Shown here piece after piece: positions 28,211-38,268 of a stretch of DNA of 64,000 nt (the first letter of the stretch is position 1; every line of letters begins with the position of its first letter). Location: contig CAMKPE010000010.1 of assembly GCA_946414595.1 (NCBI GenBank), forward strand, positions 134 through 64,133. Direction: 5' to 3'. The DNA is from an uncultured Clostridium sp. Its GTDB lineage: Bacteria; Bacillota_I; Bacilli_A; RF39; UBA660. The notes under the pieces are model-generated. The model was given only the letters and a program-made list of their open reading frames with translations, was not told where the DNA came from and ran no database searches. Position numbers and translations under genes: made by a program.

Positions 28211-28648
28211 TTAAAAACCTCCTAAGTATCTTACAAATGCTACTACACAAGCAACACTAATACCATAGAAGAGCACTGATCCAGCAAGTTTAAAAACATT
28301 ACTTCCAATACCATATATAAGCCCTTCTTTTTTAAACTCAAGTCCAGCACTCATCATCGAATGAGCAAAACCAGTAATTGGTATAATAAGCCCACATCTT
28401 GCAAAGTTAACCCATTTATCAAAGAAACCTAAAGAAGTAAATAAGCAAGATACAAATATTAAAGTAACAATCATTAATGCTCCAGCATCTTTACTAGAGA
28501 TACCTAAATATAATGAATAAACATCTGTTAACAAACATCCAATAACTCCTAATAAACCACCAGTTAAGAATGCTATTAAACTATTAGATACTCTGTTTGA
28601 ACTAGCACTATGTTTATCTACTATTCTTTTATAATCTTTCTTTTCCAT
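28211..28648 (-). CDS. spoVAC: Stage V sporulation protein AC.
   Basis: Four-TM protein LIAFLTGGLLGVIGCLLTD...IPITGFAHSMMSAGLEFKKEGLIYGIGSNVF typical of SpoVAC. Start placed at MEKKDYKR with a ggtga RBS. Confidence 0.7.
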   Translation of the reverse strand: MEKKDYKRIVDKHSASSNRVSNSLIAFLTGGLLGVIGCLLTDVYSLYLGISSKDAGALMIVTLIFVSCLFTSLGFFDKWVNFARCGLIIPITGFAHSMMSAGLEFKKEGLIYGIGSNVFKLAGSVLFYGISVACVVAFVRYLGGF

Positions 28649-28702
28649 ATAATCACCATTATTAATATTTGCAATAATAATTAATGTATACAAAAAAACT
28701 GC

Positions 28703-29371
28703 CTAAGCAGCTTTCTTTGTTAATATATTATTTCTAATCTTATTTAATATCTTAGATTCTTTTCTTGATACTTGTACTTGTGATATTCCCATAGTTTCAG
28801 ATGTTTCTTTTTGACTCTTATCTAAGAAATATCTATCTATTATTAATGATTTTTCTTCATCATTTAACTTTTCTATTTCTTCTTTTAAATCTAATATGTC
28901 TTCATTGTATCCTTTTTCTATATAAGCTTCATAATCATATAAGTTACTATCTTTATCTTCACTTAATTCATAATCTAAACTTTTAATAGACATACTACTA
29001 TTTATTGCAGAATAAATGCTTTCTATAGGTACTTCTAAGTATTCTGCTATTTCTTCTAAACTAGGCACTCTTTCTTTAACCTGTGTTAAATATTCTTTAA
29101 CTTTATTAATTGACCTTAATAATTTAGTATTCTCAATATTAACTTTTATTAATTTATTTTCTCTAACATACTTTAGTATTTCACCCTTAATATAAAAGTG
29201 TGCATAAGTAGAAAACTTAGTACCACTATCTTTCTTATAATTCTTTAAAGCATTATAAAGTCCAATATTACCTACTTGATATAAGTCTTCTAAATCATTT
29301 TCATTATAGCTATATTTCTTTGCTATAGAATATATTAACTTCCGATACTCTACTACCGTATTGTTATCCAT
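28703..29371 (-). CDS. Sporulation sigma-70 family factor, SigF/SigG-like.
   Basis: Region 2 LYQVGNIGLYNALKNYKKDSGTKFSTYAHFYIKGEILKYVR. Region 4 ETSETMGISQVQVSRKESKILNKI, almost identical to the B. subtilis SigF C-terminus. Start at MDNNTV with an AGGAGA RBS. Confidence 0.75.
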   Translation of the reverse strand: MDNNTVVEYRKLIYSIAKKYSYNENDLEDLYQVGNIGLYNALKNYKKDSGTKFSTYAHFYIKGEILKYVRENKLIKVNIENTKLLRSINKVKEYLTQVKERVPSLEEIAEYLEVPIESIYSAINSSMSIKSLDYELSEDKDSNLYDYEAYIEKGYNEDILDLKEEIEKLNDEEKSLIIDRYFLDKSQKETSETMGISQVQVSRKESKILNKIRNNILTKKAA

Positions 29372-29474
29372 TTTATCTCCTCTATGCATATAAATATAGA
29401 ACAATATTTTAAATATTTATACAGATTCGACAAAACTAGCTAAAAATAGAAAAAAAGTAATGTAAATAATTACA

Positions 29475-31682
29475 TTACTTATTGTTAACTAATATTGCAC
29501 TTGAATAAGTTACATTTCCTTGGCTATCTTCAATCTTGAATAAAGCATAGTATCTATTAGAAATATCTAAATCACTAAATTCTAATGTAAATGATTCAGT
29601 TGTATCTAATTGCATTTGTGCAATCTTTTGAGTTGATTGCCAATTAGTTCCATTTAATGTTGTATATTGATAACTATTAAATGAAATTATATCGTAGTCC
29701 TCAATTAATAATTCAACTTTAGGTGCTACTTTATCTTCTTTATCATTCATTGGTACAACTCTACCCATATATCCTTTAGGATGATCTTCATCAACTATGA
29801 ATTCAATATAAGCATTAATTACTTCATATTCATAATCATCACCAAATCTAGAAAGTGTTATTGGTATTAAATACTTAACATAATCTTTTCCTTTTTCACT
29901 TTCTAATGCAGTTAAGTTAAGAATATTTCCATCACCATCAGTAATAGATAACATCTTTCTTGATACTGTAGTGCTCATTGTATTTCCTTCAACATTTACA
30001 TCACTACCATTATAAATTGGTGTATATGTATTGTTGTCATTCATAATAAACAATGTATAACTTACATTACTGTAGTTCTTAGCAACATCATCAGTTGTAG
30101 TAATAGATATATTACCTTCTCCATTTGCTTTTACAGTACTTCTTGATAGATCAAATGTATTCATTCTCTTTCCAGTTAATTTATCTGCAAAGTTAGAAAT
30201 AAATTTAAAGTAGTCTCTAGCAAATCCAAAACCATCATAAATAGTCATTATGGAAGATAAATAATCTCTAAATTCATATGGGAAATATATTGATACACCA
30301 TAACTATCTTGTAAGTCTGATTTATTATAAATAACAAAATCATTTATTGAACTCTTTAAGTTATTAACATCTTCACTATATTTTTCAGGTAATCTGTTTG
30401 CAAAATCAACTAAGTCAATCAAGTCAAACGTATATTCACCATATGGATCTCTTCCAAAGCTCTTAGAATTTTTTCTTGTTCTTGTTATAGTTGAATAATC
30501 AATATCTAAATTATCATCAATATTTTCAAATAATTTATTTAAGTATTTTTCTACATTATCAATTTTATTAAGTCTCATAACTGATAATGTTACACCTTTT
30601 ATATAACTATATTTTCCATAATATGCATCGTAATAATCTACGATGGATTTAGTTAATGTTACTGTATCTGTATCTGGAGTTATTTCTCCTAAGAAACCAT
30701 AATCCCAACCAGCACCTGGTTCTGCTTCTTCACTGGCAACCAGGTAATCTGTATAGTCAACTAATGAATAAGCAACCTCAACGCTCGCCATTAAACAAGC
30801 ATCAAAACCAACATATTCAAGTTTTCTTTCAGGTCCAAATGGACTATCACTTAATGCTTTTTTAATCATTGAAAGTGACATAAATTTTCCTTCTTGGTAC
30901 TCGTCAGATCCATATCCAAAAATAGGTCCTCCACCATGATCCCATAGAATTAAACTATAATAATCTGCTTTATAATTATCATATCCATATTGTAATAAGT
31001 ATGTTAAGTTTGCTGGATCAAGCATATTATTAGAACCACCTAACTCTTCAAGTAATTCTAATCCATCATTAGTTAATCTATACAAAGCATGTTTATCACT
31101 TGGAATATTATAACTATGCCAATTAGTTGCTCCTCCTGTATAGATAAGTACATTTACTTTTTCAAAGTCAGCATTAGAATCTCTCATCTCTGCTATATCT
31201 TTTGTTGCACTAAAATATTTACTTTCAAGATCTGCTCCAATCATATAAACCATGATTGTTCTTTTTCCTGTTTTAGTATTAAATATTGTATCTTTAGTTA
31301 AAAGGAAAATTGTACCTAATAACACAAATACAAATACACAACAAATTATTGCAGGTATATGACTCTTCTTTTTATTGTCTCTATAATTGCTTTGGTAATT
31401 TCCATAGTTTGTATTATAACTTTGTCCTGCTTGAACATTAATTCCGTTATTTGCTATAGCATTATCAAATAAAACTGCTTTCTTAATTTCACTAGATGGA
31501 TTTGTTAGTTTGTTTCCACAGTTCCCACAGAACTTTTCATTACTTTCAAACTTTGATCCACAATTTTGGCAAAATACGACATTTTGTTTTTTTTCTAATA
31601 CTGCTGCACCACAATCTGGACAAAATCTTGTTTTGTCATCATATTCTTTGTTACAGTTTTTACAAAACATCATTGCACTCAC
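29475..31682 (-). CDS. Clostripain-like C11 family cysteine peptidase. N-terminal double zinc ribbon and one TM anchor. 735 aa.
   Basis: N-terminus FCKNCNKEYDDKTRFCPDCG ... FCQNCGSKFESNEKFCGNCG. TM IPAIICCVFVFVLLGTIFLL. C11 blocks MVYMIGADLES, VLIYTGGATNWH, ILWDHGGG, GFDACLMASVEVAY (His/Cys dyad). Confidence 0.65.
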   Translation of the reverse strand: MSAMMFCKNCNKEYDDKTRFCPDCGAAVLEKKQNVVFCQNCGSKFESNEKFCGNCGNKLTNPSSEIKKAVLFDNAIANNGINVQAGQSYNTNYGNYQSNYRDNKKKSHIPAIICCVFVFVLLGTIFLLTKDTIFNTKTGKRTIMVYMIGADLESKYFSATKDIAEMRDSNADFEKVNVLIYTGGATNWHSYNIPSDKHALYRLTNDGLELLEELGGSNNMLDPANLTYLLQYGYDNYKADYYSLILWDHGGGPIFGYGSDEYQEGKFMSLSMIKKALSDSPFGPERKLEYVGFDACLMASVEVAYSLVDYTDYLVASEEAEPGAGWDYGFLGEITPDTDTVTLTKSIVDYYDAYYGKYSYIKGVTLSVMRLNKIDNVEKYLNKLFENIDDNLDIDYSTITRTRKNSKSFGRDPYGEYTFDLIDLVDFANRLPEKYSEDVNNLKSSINDFVIYNKSDLQDSYGVSIYFPYEFRDYLSSIMTIYDGFGFARDYFKFISNFADKLTGKRMNTFDLSRSTVKANGEGNISITTTDDVAKNYSNVSYTLFIMNDNNTYTPIYNGSDVNVEGNTMSTTVSRKMLSITDGDGNILNLTALESEKGKDYVKYLIPITLSRFGDDYEYEVINAYIEFIVDEDHPKGYMGRVVPMNDKEDKVAPKVELLIEDYDIISFNSYQYTTLNGTNWQSTQKIAQMQLDTTESFTLEFSDLDISNRYYALFKIEDSQGNVTYSSAILVNNK

Positions 31683-31764
31683 CTACCTTAACAATTTAAT
31701 TATAGCATACTCTAATATAAAAAAAAGAAAAAGTAATATTATTAAACATTACTTTTACACTTAT

Positions 31765-32901
31765 TTAGAATATTTGACTAAAATTGTCTAAAAAATAATC
31801 AAGAAAACTTACTTTATTAGCATCTTCTTTAGATACTAAATTACTAGATTTTATAACCTTCCCATTACTAACTAAGTTTATTACTCCTACTTTATCATTT
31901 TTCTTTATTGGAAGACTTATATCATCTAACTTTATATCTATATCATATTTAATACTTTGATTAGTCTTTTTACTTAGTACTGATAAATCATTTTCTAATA
32001 CGATAGGTATATTTTTAACATCAGATTTATCAAGTGATAGATAATCTACTACATCATTTTTCTTTTTTATTAAATCAAGTTTATAGTTATCAAATCCATA
32101 ATCAAGTAATTCCATTGCTTCGCTATTTCGTACTTTTCCTTCAGCTTCACCAAGCACAATTGCAATAAGACGCATATTATCTCTTTTAGCTGTTGCTGCC
32201 ATCGTATATTTTGCATTATCAGTAAAACCAGTCTTAAGCCCATCAGCACCATTATAAAATCTTACAAGTTTATTTGTGTTTACAAGCCAGTACTTATTAG
32301 GAGTATCTTTTCTAATATAATCTTCATATAAAGATGAATACTCAAGTATTTCTTCATGTTTTAATAGCTCTCTTGCTAAAAGCGCTAGATCATATGCACT
32401 TGATAAATGACCATCTTCATCAAGCCCAGTAGAGTTTTTATAAGTAGTGTTAGAAAGTCCCAACTCTTTTGCTTTCTTATTCATTAACTTAACAAATTCT
32501 TCTTCACTTCCAGAAATATATTCAGCAAGTGCTACAGTTGCATCATTAGCACTCACAATGCTCATTCCTTTAAATAGATCTCTAACACTCATCTTCTCCC
32601 CTGTTGAAAGCCATATTTGTGTTCCGCCCATACCAGATGCATTTTTACTTGCAACTACTATATCATCCCAACCAATATCACCATTTTCAATCTTATCAAG
32701 AACAATTAACTGTACCATCATCTTAGTTAAAGATGCTACTGCAACTTTTTCATCTTTTTCTTTTTCAAATAATATTTCCCCTGTCGATGCTTCTATCAGA
32801 ATACCATTTCTAGCATTCTTAAGTAATTCTTTCTCTTCTGCTTTAACAAACACCGGAAATAGTAAAAACATTATTAATAAAATCTTTACAAATCTTTTCA
32901 T
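31765..32901 (-). CDS. Serine-type D-Ala-D-Ala carboxypeptidase (PBP5 family), dacF-like by position near the sporulation sigma factor.
   Basis: SxxK ASLTKMM. SxN SIVSAND. KTG LKTGFT. Signal peptide MKRFVKILLIMFLLFPVFVKA. Confidence 0.8.
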   Translation of the reverse strand: MKRFVKILLIMFLLFPVFVKAEEKELLKNARNGILIEASTGEILFEKEKDEKVAVASLTKMMVQLIVLDKIENGDIGWDDIVVASKNASGMGGTQIWLSTGEKMSVRDLFKGMSIVSANDATVALAEYISGSEEEFVKLMNKKAKELGLSNTTYKNSTGLDEDGHLSSAYDLALLARELLKHEEILEYSSLYEDYIRKDTPNKYWLVNTNKLVRFYNGADGLKTGFTDNAKYTMAATAKRDNMRLIAIVLGEAEGKVRNSEAMELLDYGFDNYKLDLIKKKNDVVDYLSLDKSDVKNIPIVLENDLSVLSKKTNQSIKYDIDIKLDDISLPIKKNDKVGVINLVSNGKVIKSSNLVSKEDANKVSFLDYFLDNFSQIF

Positions 32902-32977
32902 AATACCTCCATTAAAAGAATATGATAATTGTGATTAATAAATACATATATGATATAATTTCTTTAAGGAGTGCTTT

Positions 32978-33901
32978 ATGACAAAGAGAAGAAAGAAAAA
33001 AATTAATTATTCTATATTTTTTTATATTTTAGTTATTATTGCTGTCGCTGTTTTTCTAATACTATTTTTAAATAATGATGAAAAAAGTGAAAACAAAAAC
33101 GAAAATACAAACACAAACGCAAATGTAGTTGATAAACCAGTTGTAAAAGAAAAGACTGAGGAAGAAATCAAATTAGAAAAGTTAAATAATATTAATGAAA
33201 AATTAGATTTCTTTAAAATGGAGAATCTAGATAGATATATTGCATATAAAGAAAAAAATCCAGATTTAGATGATGAAACAGTTGTTGTATACGTTAATAT
33301 TGGGCTTGATCAAAATTTCTATACAAACGTTAAAGATAGTCCTTATAAACATACAAATACTGTTTTAGCAAATAAATTCTATTTTCTTGGAAAAGATTAT
33401 GAACCAAAAGATTTAGTAACTATTAACAATAAGTATTCTAGTGGGGGAAAACAAATGACACGTGAAGCTGCACAAGCCTTTGAAAAGATGTCACAAGCTG
33501 CTCGTGATCAAGGATATACAGTAAGAGCAGTATCAACATATAGAAGTTATAGTTATCAAGCAGGTTTATATGAAAGATATGCTGCAAGTGACGGTAAAGA
33601 AAAAGCTGATACATATTCAGCTCGTCCTGGATACTCCGAACATCAAACTGGTTTAGCAGTAGACGTTGATAACGCTAACAAATCATACACAAGTTTTGGT
33701 GATACTAAAGAATTCACATGGATGAAAGAAAACTCTTATAAGTATGGATATATTTTAAGATACACAAAAGCTACTGAGTTTATAACTGGTTATAAAGATG
33801 AACCATGGCACTATAGATATGTTGGAGTTGAAATAGCAACATACATCCATGAACATCCAATGACATACGAAGAATATTATGTAAGATTCTTAGACAAATA
33901 A
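32978..33901 (+). CDS. VanY/M15B-family D,D-carboxypeptidase with N-terminal membrane anchor.
   Basis: Zn ligands and motifs SEHQTGLAVDV and DEPWHYRYVG. TM IFFYILVIIAVAVFLILFL. Confidence 0.75.
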   Translation: MTKRRKKKINYSIFFYILVIIAVAVFLILFLNNDEKSENKNENTNTNANVVDKPVVKEKTEEEIKLEKLNNINEKLDFFKMENLDRYIAYKEKNPDLDDETVVVYVNIGLDQNFYTNVKDSPYKHTNTVLANKFYFLGKDYEPKDLVTINNKYSSGGKQMTREAAQAFEKMSQAARDQGYTVRAVSTYRSYSYQAGLYERYAASDGKEKADTYSARPGYSEHQTGLAVDVDNANKSYTSFGDTKEFTWMKENSYKYGYILRYTKATEFITGYKDEPWHYRYVGVEIATYIHEHPMTYEEYYVRFLDK

Positions 33902-33902
33902 A

Positions 33903-33937
33903 AAAGTTAATCTTTAAGATTAACTCTTTTTTTATCA
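33903..33937. terminator. Bidirectional terminator hairpin agttaatctt-taa-gattaact with flanking A-run and T-run.
   Basis: Lies between convergent genes. Perfect inverted repeat. Confidence 0.5.
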
Positions 33938-34590
33938 TAAAATAACATAACTGTAACAATAATCATTACAAGTAAACATATTATCTGATTAAATGATATT
34001 ATTTCTTTTACATGTTCATATCTTAAAAAATCAAGAATGAACTTTGCAAATGCTGACACCATAATCGTTATATATGAAATATATTTATTATTTCTATTTT
34101 TATATACAACTATAAATATTATTAGGAATGTAATTGTCTCAACAATCTGTATTGGAAACACTGCTATATTCTTGTAATCAACATATGTAACCGAAAATAT
34201 TCCATCATAAGGAATACCATGACAACATCCAACCATAAAACAAGCAATTTTAGCAAGCCCATATATCAAAGGTAGCGATATACATACATATTTAAATAGC
34301 TTTCCTTTTAATGGCATTATTTTTTCAAAAATAATAGTTGATGCCATAAGTCCAGCTGCACATCCAAAAGATGTTAGACCAGATTCAATAAAATCATTAT
34401 CAATAAATAAATATGTAAATAACTTACCCCACGAAACCATTAAAACAAAGCTCAAAAAAAAGAATAGCAATATGTTATTATTACATTTTGCTTCTTTTTT
34501 TACTGAATAAGATACAAAACATAATCCAACAATTATTGCTAATAAAACTATTATTATATAAATTGGAAAATTAATCTTATGTATTATCAT
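33907..34590 (-). CDS. Polytopic membrane protein, 227 aa, with a conserved MVGCCHGIPYDG motif. Possibly a prolipoprotein diacylglyceryl transferase-like enzyme.
   Basis: About 7 TM helices. A GCC-x-G motif in a loop. Assignment to the Lgt family is tentative. Confidence 0.3.
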   Translation of the reverse strand: MIIHKINFPIYIIIVLLAIIVGLCFVSYSVKKEAKCNNNILLFFFLSFVLMVSWGKLFTYLFIDNDFIESGLTSFGCAAGLMASTIIFEKIMPLKGKLFKYVCISLPLIYGLAKIACFMVGCCHGIPYDGIFSVTYVDYKNIAVFPIQIVETITFLIIFIVVYKNRNNKYISYITIMVSAFAKFILDFLRYEHVKEIISFNQIICLLVMIIVTVMLFYDKKRVNLKD

Positions 34591-34596
34591 ATTAAC

Positions 34597-34992
34597 TTAC
34601 ATATTCCTACAAGATTCTAATGCATTTTGAGCTTCTCTTGTACATTCACTAATAAACCATATACCTAATATTATCAAAATAACTATATATATCATATTTA
34701 TTATAAAATAAAGTAAAACCATTTTAGAATTGGGATATTTAACTTTTGCAAAAATTGATATGACAAGAGCAACATTTTGTAACACAATAAAGAAAGGTAT
34801 TAAATTAAAGTTTTTTGTAGCCATTAATAATATCAAAAATAGGATTGATAAACCAAGAAATATATAACCTATAGAACATAAAACTGTTTCTTTATTGTCA
34901 TGGTTATTCCCGTTGTAAATTCTTGTACCACATTTGCCACAAAATTCACTACCATAATCTAAATTGTTTCCACATCTTGGGCACTGCATCAA
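34597..34992 (-). CDS. Zinc-ribbon plus TM membrane protein, 131 aa.
   Basis: MMQCPRCGN...FCGKCG zinc ribbon followed by 3 TM helices. Confidence 0.5.
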   Translation of the reverse strand: MMQCPRCGNNLDYGSEFCGKCGTRIYNGNNHDNKETVLCSIGYIFLGLSILFLILLMATKNFNLIPFFIVLQNVALVISIFAKVKYPNSKMVLLYFIINMIYIVILIILGIWFISECTREAQNALESCRNM

Positions 34993-35004
34993 TAGTTCAC
35001 CACC

Positions 35005-35454
35005 CTATCTACCATATTTATCATTTATATAATTATTTAACTTATAATTAAACTTTTCCTTCATCATTTGCCATACTCCCCATCCAATTGCTCCCAAACC
35101 AACTGGGAAAATTGTAAAGAATACCCAAACAGACTCAAGCATTATAGAAAAAACAATACCTAATATTATACATACAATAAATATTATTACTGCAGCTATT
35201 AAATATATGTTAGTAGTTTTTTTATTGAATTGATAAACTCTTTCATTTATTTCTTTTCTTTTTTGATATAAAGTTTTTTGATTTACTGGGGCTCCACATT
35301 TTGGGCAAAAACTACTACCAGCATTCACTTGTGTTCCACAACTATTACAAAAACTATTTTGTTGTGGTGAAAATCTACTTCCACATTTGTAACAAAATTC
35401 ATTACTTTCTGGGTTTTCTACTCCACACATTGGACAATATTTCATACTATTCAT
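35005..35454 (-). CDS. Double zinc-ribbon plus TM membrane protein, 149 aa.
   Basis: CPMCG..CYKCG and CNSCG..CPKCG pairs, then 2 TM helices. Confidence 0.5.
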   Translation of the reverse strand: MNSMKYCPMCGVENPESNEFCYKCGSRFSPQQNSFCNSCGTQVNAGSSFCPKCGAPVNQKTLYQKRKEINERVYQFNKKTTNIYLIAAVIIFIVCIILGIVFSIMLESVWVFFTIFPVGLGAIGWGVWQMMKEKFNYKLNNYINDKYGR

Positions 35455-36679
35455 CCTCTATTGTAAACGCATCAGTTATATTAAAGTTATCTTCTACTTT
35501 ATTATAGTAAAGTGTACATAATGTATCACCAAGTTCAACAGTATCTCCAACTTGTTTATTTAAGAATACTCCAACAGTTGGATCAATCTTATCATCCTTA
35601 TTAGTTCTTCCACTACCAAGTGAATTAGATACTTTAGCTACTATTAAGGCATTAATAGCTTTAACAACACCTTTCTTAGTAGATTTAATCTCTAATGTCT
35701 TTTCACTAACAGGCATGTCATCAAGTCTACCACCTTGATAGTTAATAAATTGATTAAATTTATCCAATGCTTTCTTAGAATTGATTGCTTCAAGAACTTC
35801 TTCTCTTGCATCAATTATTGATTCTTCTTTAGCCATACTTACCATATTACTTGCTATATCAACACACAAGTCATATAGGTTGTTTTTAACTTTACCATCA
35901 AGAAGTTCAGCAGCTTCAGCAACTTCCAAAGCATTACCAACGCAGAATCCAAGTGGTGTATCCATATCACTAATTAAGCATCTAACTTCTTTTTCATATT
36001 TATTACCGATTCTAATCATTAAGTCTCTTAATTCTTTAGCAGTTCTTTCATCTTTAAGAAGTGCTCCATCTCCACACTTAATATCAATTAAAATCTTATC
36101 AGCGCCACTTGCAATCTTCTTACTCATTATACTTACAGCGATTAATGGTACTGAATCTACTGTACCAGTTACATCTCTTAATGAATAAACTTCTCTATCT
36201 AATGGAACTAAATTATCTGTTTGACTACAAACAATCATTCCAATATCATTCAATTGTTTTAAGAATTGTTCTTTATTAGCTTCAACTTTAAAACCTGGAA
36301 TACTTTCAAGTTTATCTATTGTACCTCCAGTTACTCCTAATCCTCTTCCACTCATTTTAGGAACTTTTATACCAAGTGAGGCTACTATTGGAGCAACAAT
36401 TAAAGTAGTCTTATCTCCAACACCACCTGTTGAATGTTTATCTACTTTAACTCCTTTAATAGATGATAAATCAAGAACTTCTCCACTATTTATAAAAATA
36501 TCAGTCAAATCAAAAACTTCTTGATCAGACATTCCGTTAATACAAATTGCCATCAATAAAGCAGACATTTGATAGTCTTGTACTTCTTTCTTTAAAAAAC
36601 CATTAAAAGCAATTTCTAGTTCTTCTCTAGTTAATTCCTCATTATTTCTTTTTTTGTTAATAACATCAATAATATTCAT
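35447..36679 (-). CDS. pdp: Pyrimidine-nucleoside (thymidine) phosphorylase.
   Basis: HSTGGVGDKTTLIVAPIVASLGIKVPKMSGRGLGVTGGTIDKLESIPGF is the hallmark of the thymidine/pyrimidine-nucleoside phosphorylase family. Confidence 0.85.
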   Translation of the reverse strand: MNIIDVINKKRNNEELTREELEIAFNGFLKKEVQDYQMSALLMAICINGMSDQEVFDLTDIFINSGEVLDLSSIKGVKVDKHSTGGVGDKTTLIVAPIVASLGIKVPKMSGRGLGVTGGTIDKLESIPGFKVEANKEQFLKQLNDIGMIVCSQTDNLVPLDREVYSLRDVTGTVDSVPLIAVSIMSKKIASGADKILIDIKCGDGALLKDERTAKELRDLMIRIGNKYEKEVRCLISDMDTPLGFCVGNALEVAEAAELLDGKVKNNLYDLCVDIASNMVSMAKEESIIDAREEVLEAINSKKALDKFNQFINYQGGRLDDMPVSEKTLEIKSTKKGVVKAINALIVAKVSNSLGSGRTNKDDKIDPTVGVFLNKQVGDTVELGDTLCTLYYNKVEDNFNITDAFTIEDE

Positions 36680-36745
36680 AGCCCCTCCTATTATGAAACA
36701 ATTATAACATAAAAAATAAAATAAAAAAACATATTTAAAATATGT

Positions 36746-37117
36746 TTATCTAATTTTCTTTTCCATATATTCTATTGTTCTTTTAGAGTCTTCCATCATC
36801 TTGTTATATAAGTCTGTATGTTTTCTTAACTCTTTTATTAATTCTATTTCAAGTGAAGACATTCTCATTCCATAATCTTCTTTATCATCACTTACTACAT
36901 AATTTTCAGTACCAACCAGGTAATCTAAGTCAACTTTAAAGTAATTTGCAATAGCAATAAGCATTTCCATTGGTGCTGTTCTATTGCCTTTTTCATATCC
37001 ACATATTGCAGATTTAGTAACACTTAAGTTTTTACCTAACTCTTCTTGAGTAAGATTAGCACTAGTTCTCAGTTCTTTTAATCTTTTACTAAATAAAGTC
37101 AACTTCATCACTTCCAA
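36746..37117 (-). CDS. XRE-family HTH transcriptional regulator.
   Basis: LKELRTSANLTQEELGKNLSVTKSAICGYEKGNRTAPMEMLIAIANYFKVDLDYLVG Cro/C1-type HTH. Confidence 0.75.
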   Translation of the reverse strand: MEVMKLTLFSKRLKELRTSANLTQEELGKNLSVTKSAICGYEKGNRTAPMEMLIAIANYFKVDLDYLVGTENYVVSDDKEDYGMRMSSLEIELIKELRKHTDLYNKMMEDSKRTIEYMEKKIR

Positions 37118-37179
37118 GTCATATTCATTATATTGAATAATATTCTTGAATTGTTTAAAGTTAACAAAATGTGAACTTT

Positions 37180-37746
37180 CTATTTTTGTATGTTTTTATT
37201 TAATTGTTCATCTAGTTTATCTGTAAAGTTTTCTTCATCACTATTATATATAGACATTCCTAGTTCAGAAGCTAAATCTATTAGAGTTTTAACAGCTTTT
37301 TCAAACTCTTTTTTCTCTTCGCCTTCTAAACACCCAGAGTATTTATATATTGAATCCATTGGAATTGCTATTCCTACTATATCTTTATTTGGTATATCTC
37401 CAACTGATCTCCATTCATCTACTAGATTAGTAAATGGTTCATTTTCTTCATCAAAACCTATTGAATTTGTTACTTTTACTTTTTTAGCTTCAATAGATGG
37501 TGATATTACAAATACCATACATTTATCTATCCATGCAGCTCTTGACGATCTCATATATTTGTCTTGATCACTATAATCGTATTCTTCATTCTTTTTATAT
37601 AAGCATACATGATCATATTGATCTTCACTTAAATTACGAACTTTACTTCTTGATTTAAGACCACCACTTAATAATATTTCAGTCATGAATTTAATTCCAT
37701 TTAAAAAATCAAAATGATCAAATCCATGGTAATAATATCTTTCCAT
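37180..37746 (-). CDS. Hypothetical cytoplasmic protein, 188 aa. Co-oriented directly upstream of the XRE regulator.
   Basis: ORF only. No motif recognised. Confidence 0.35.
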   Translation of the reverse strand: MERYYYHGFDHFDFLNGIKFMTEILLSGGLKSRSKVRNLSEDQYDHVCLYKKNEEYDYSDQDKYMRSSRAAWIDKCMVFVISPSIEAKKVKVTNSIGFDEENEPFTNLVDEWRSVGDIPNKDIVGIAIPMDSIYKYSGCLEGEEKKEFEKAVKTLIDLASELGMSIYNSDEENFTDKLDEQLNKNIQK

Positions 37747-37813
37747 AAAGCCTCCTAAATAATACTATTTAAATTATAACATAAAAAAGAAACAGAACAT
37801 TCTGTTTCTTAAT

Positions 37814-38119
37814 TTATACAATAAATGTATTTACTAAAACTTCAACAACAAGCATTGAGTATACAAGAAGAGATACAACTCCTACTGATATTTCAAACTT
37901 TGTTTTATTCTTTAAAGATAAAATAAATATACTAAAAATAAATCCAATGAAAGACATAACTTCTAAAGCCATTTCCATCGCTTTATATATCGAAATAATC
38001 ATACTTTGACCATCTACTGGTTCACAACCACACCAATTGCCTTTTCCACAACCAGCAACACAATCAATTACTTCTTCATTAAATTCTTTATAAAGTATAA
38101 AAACTATAAGTAATACCAA
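37814..38119 (-). CDS. Small membrane protein, 101 aa, with Cys cluster CVAGCGKGNWCGCEP.
   Basis: Two TM helices flanking a Cys-rich loop. Confidence 0.35.
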   Translation of the reverse strand: MVLLIVFILYKEFNEEVIDCVAGCGKGNWCGCEPVDGQSMIISIYKAMEMALEVMSFIGFIFSIFILSLKNKTKFEISVGVVSLLVYSMLVVEVLVNTFIV

Positions 38120-38268
38120 GAATATCGTTAAATATCCAATACCAACATTTATTATTGTTCTTCTATTATTTAAATCAACATTTTTTTCTTTGCCTTTTTA
38201 CTCTTTGCCTTTTTCATATTATCACCATTCTCATTATAACATAATATAACAAGAAAAAAAGAAGAAAA

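Noticed and set aside
33907-34590. Assignment of the 227-aa GCCxG membrane protein as Lgt.
   Set aside because: Canonical Lgt has the G(R)IGNF signature, which is absent here. Kept only as a low-confidence possibility.
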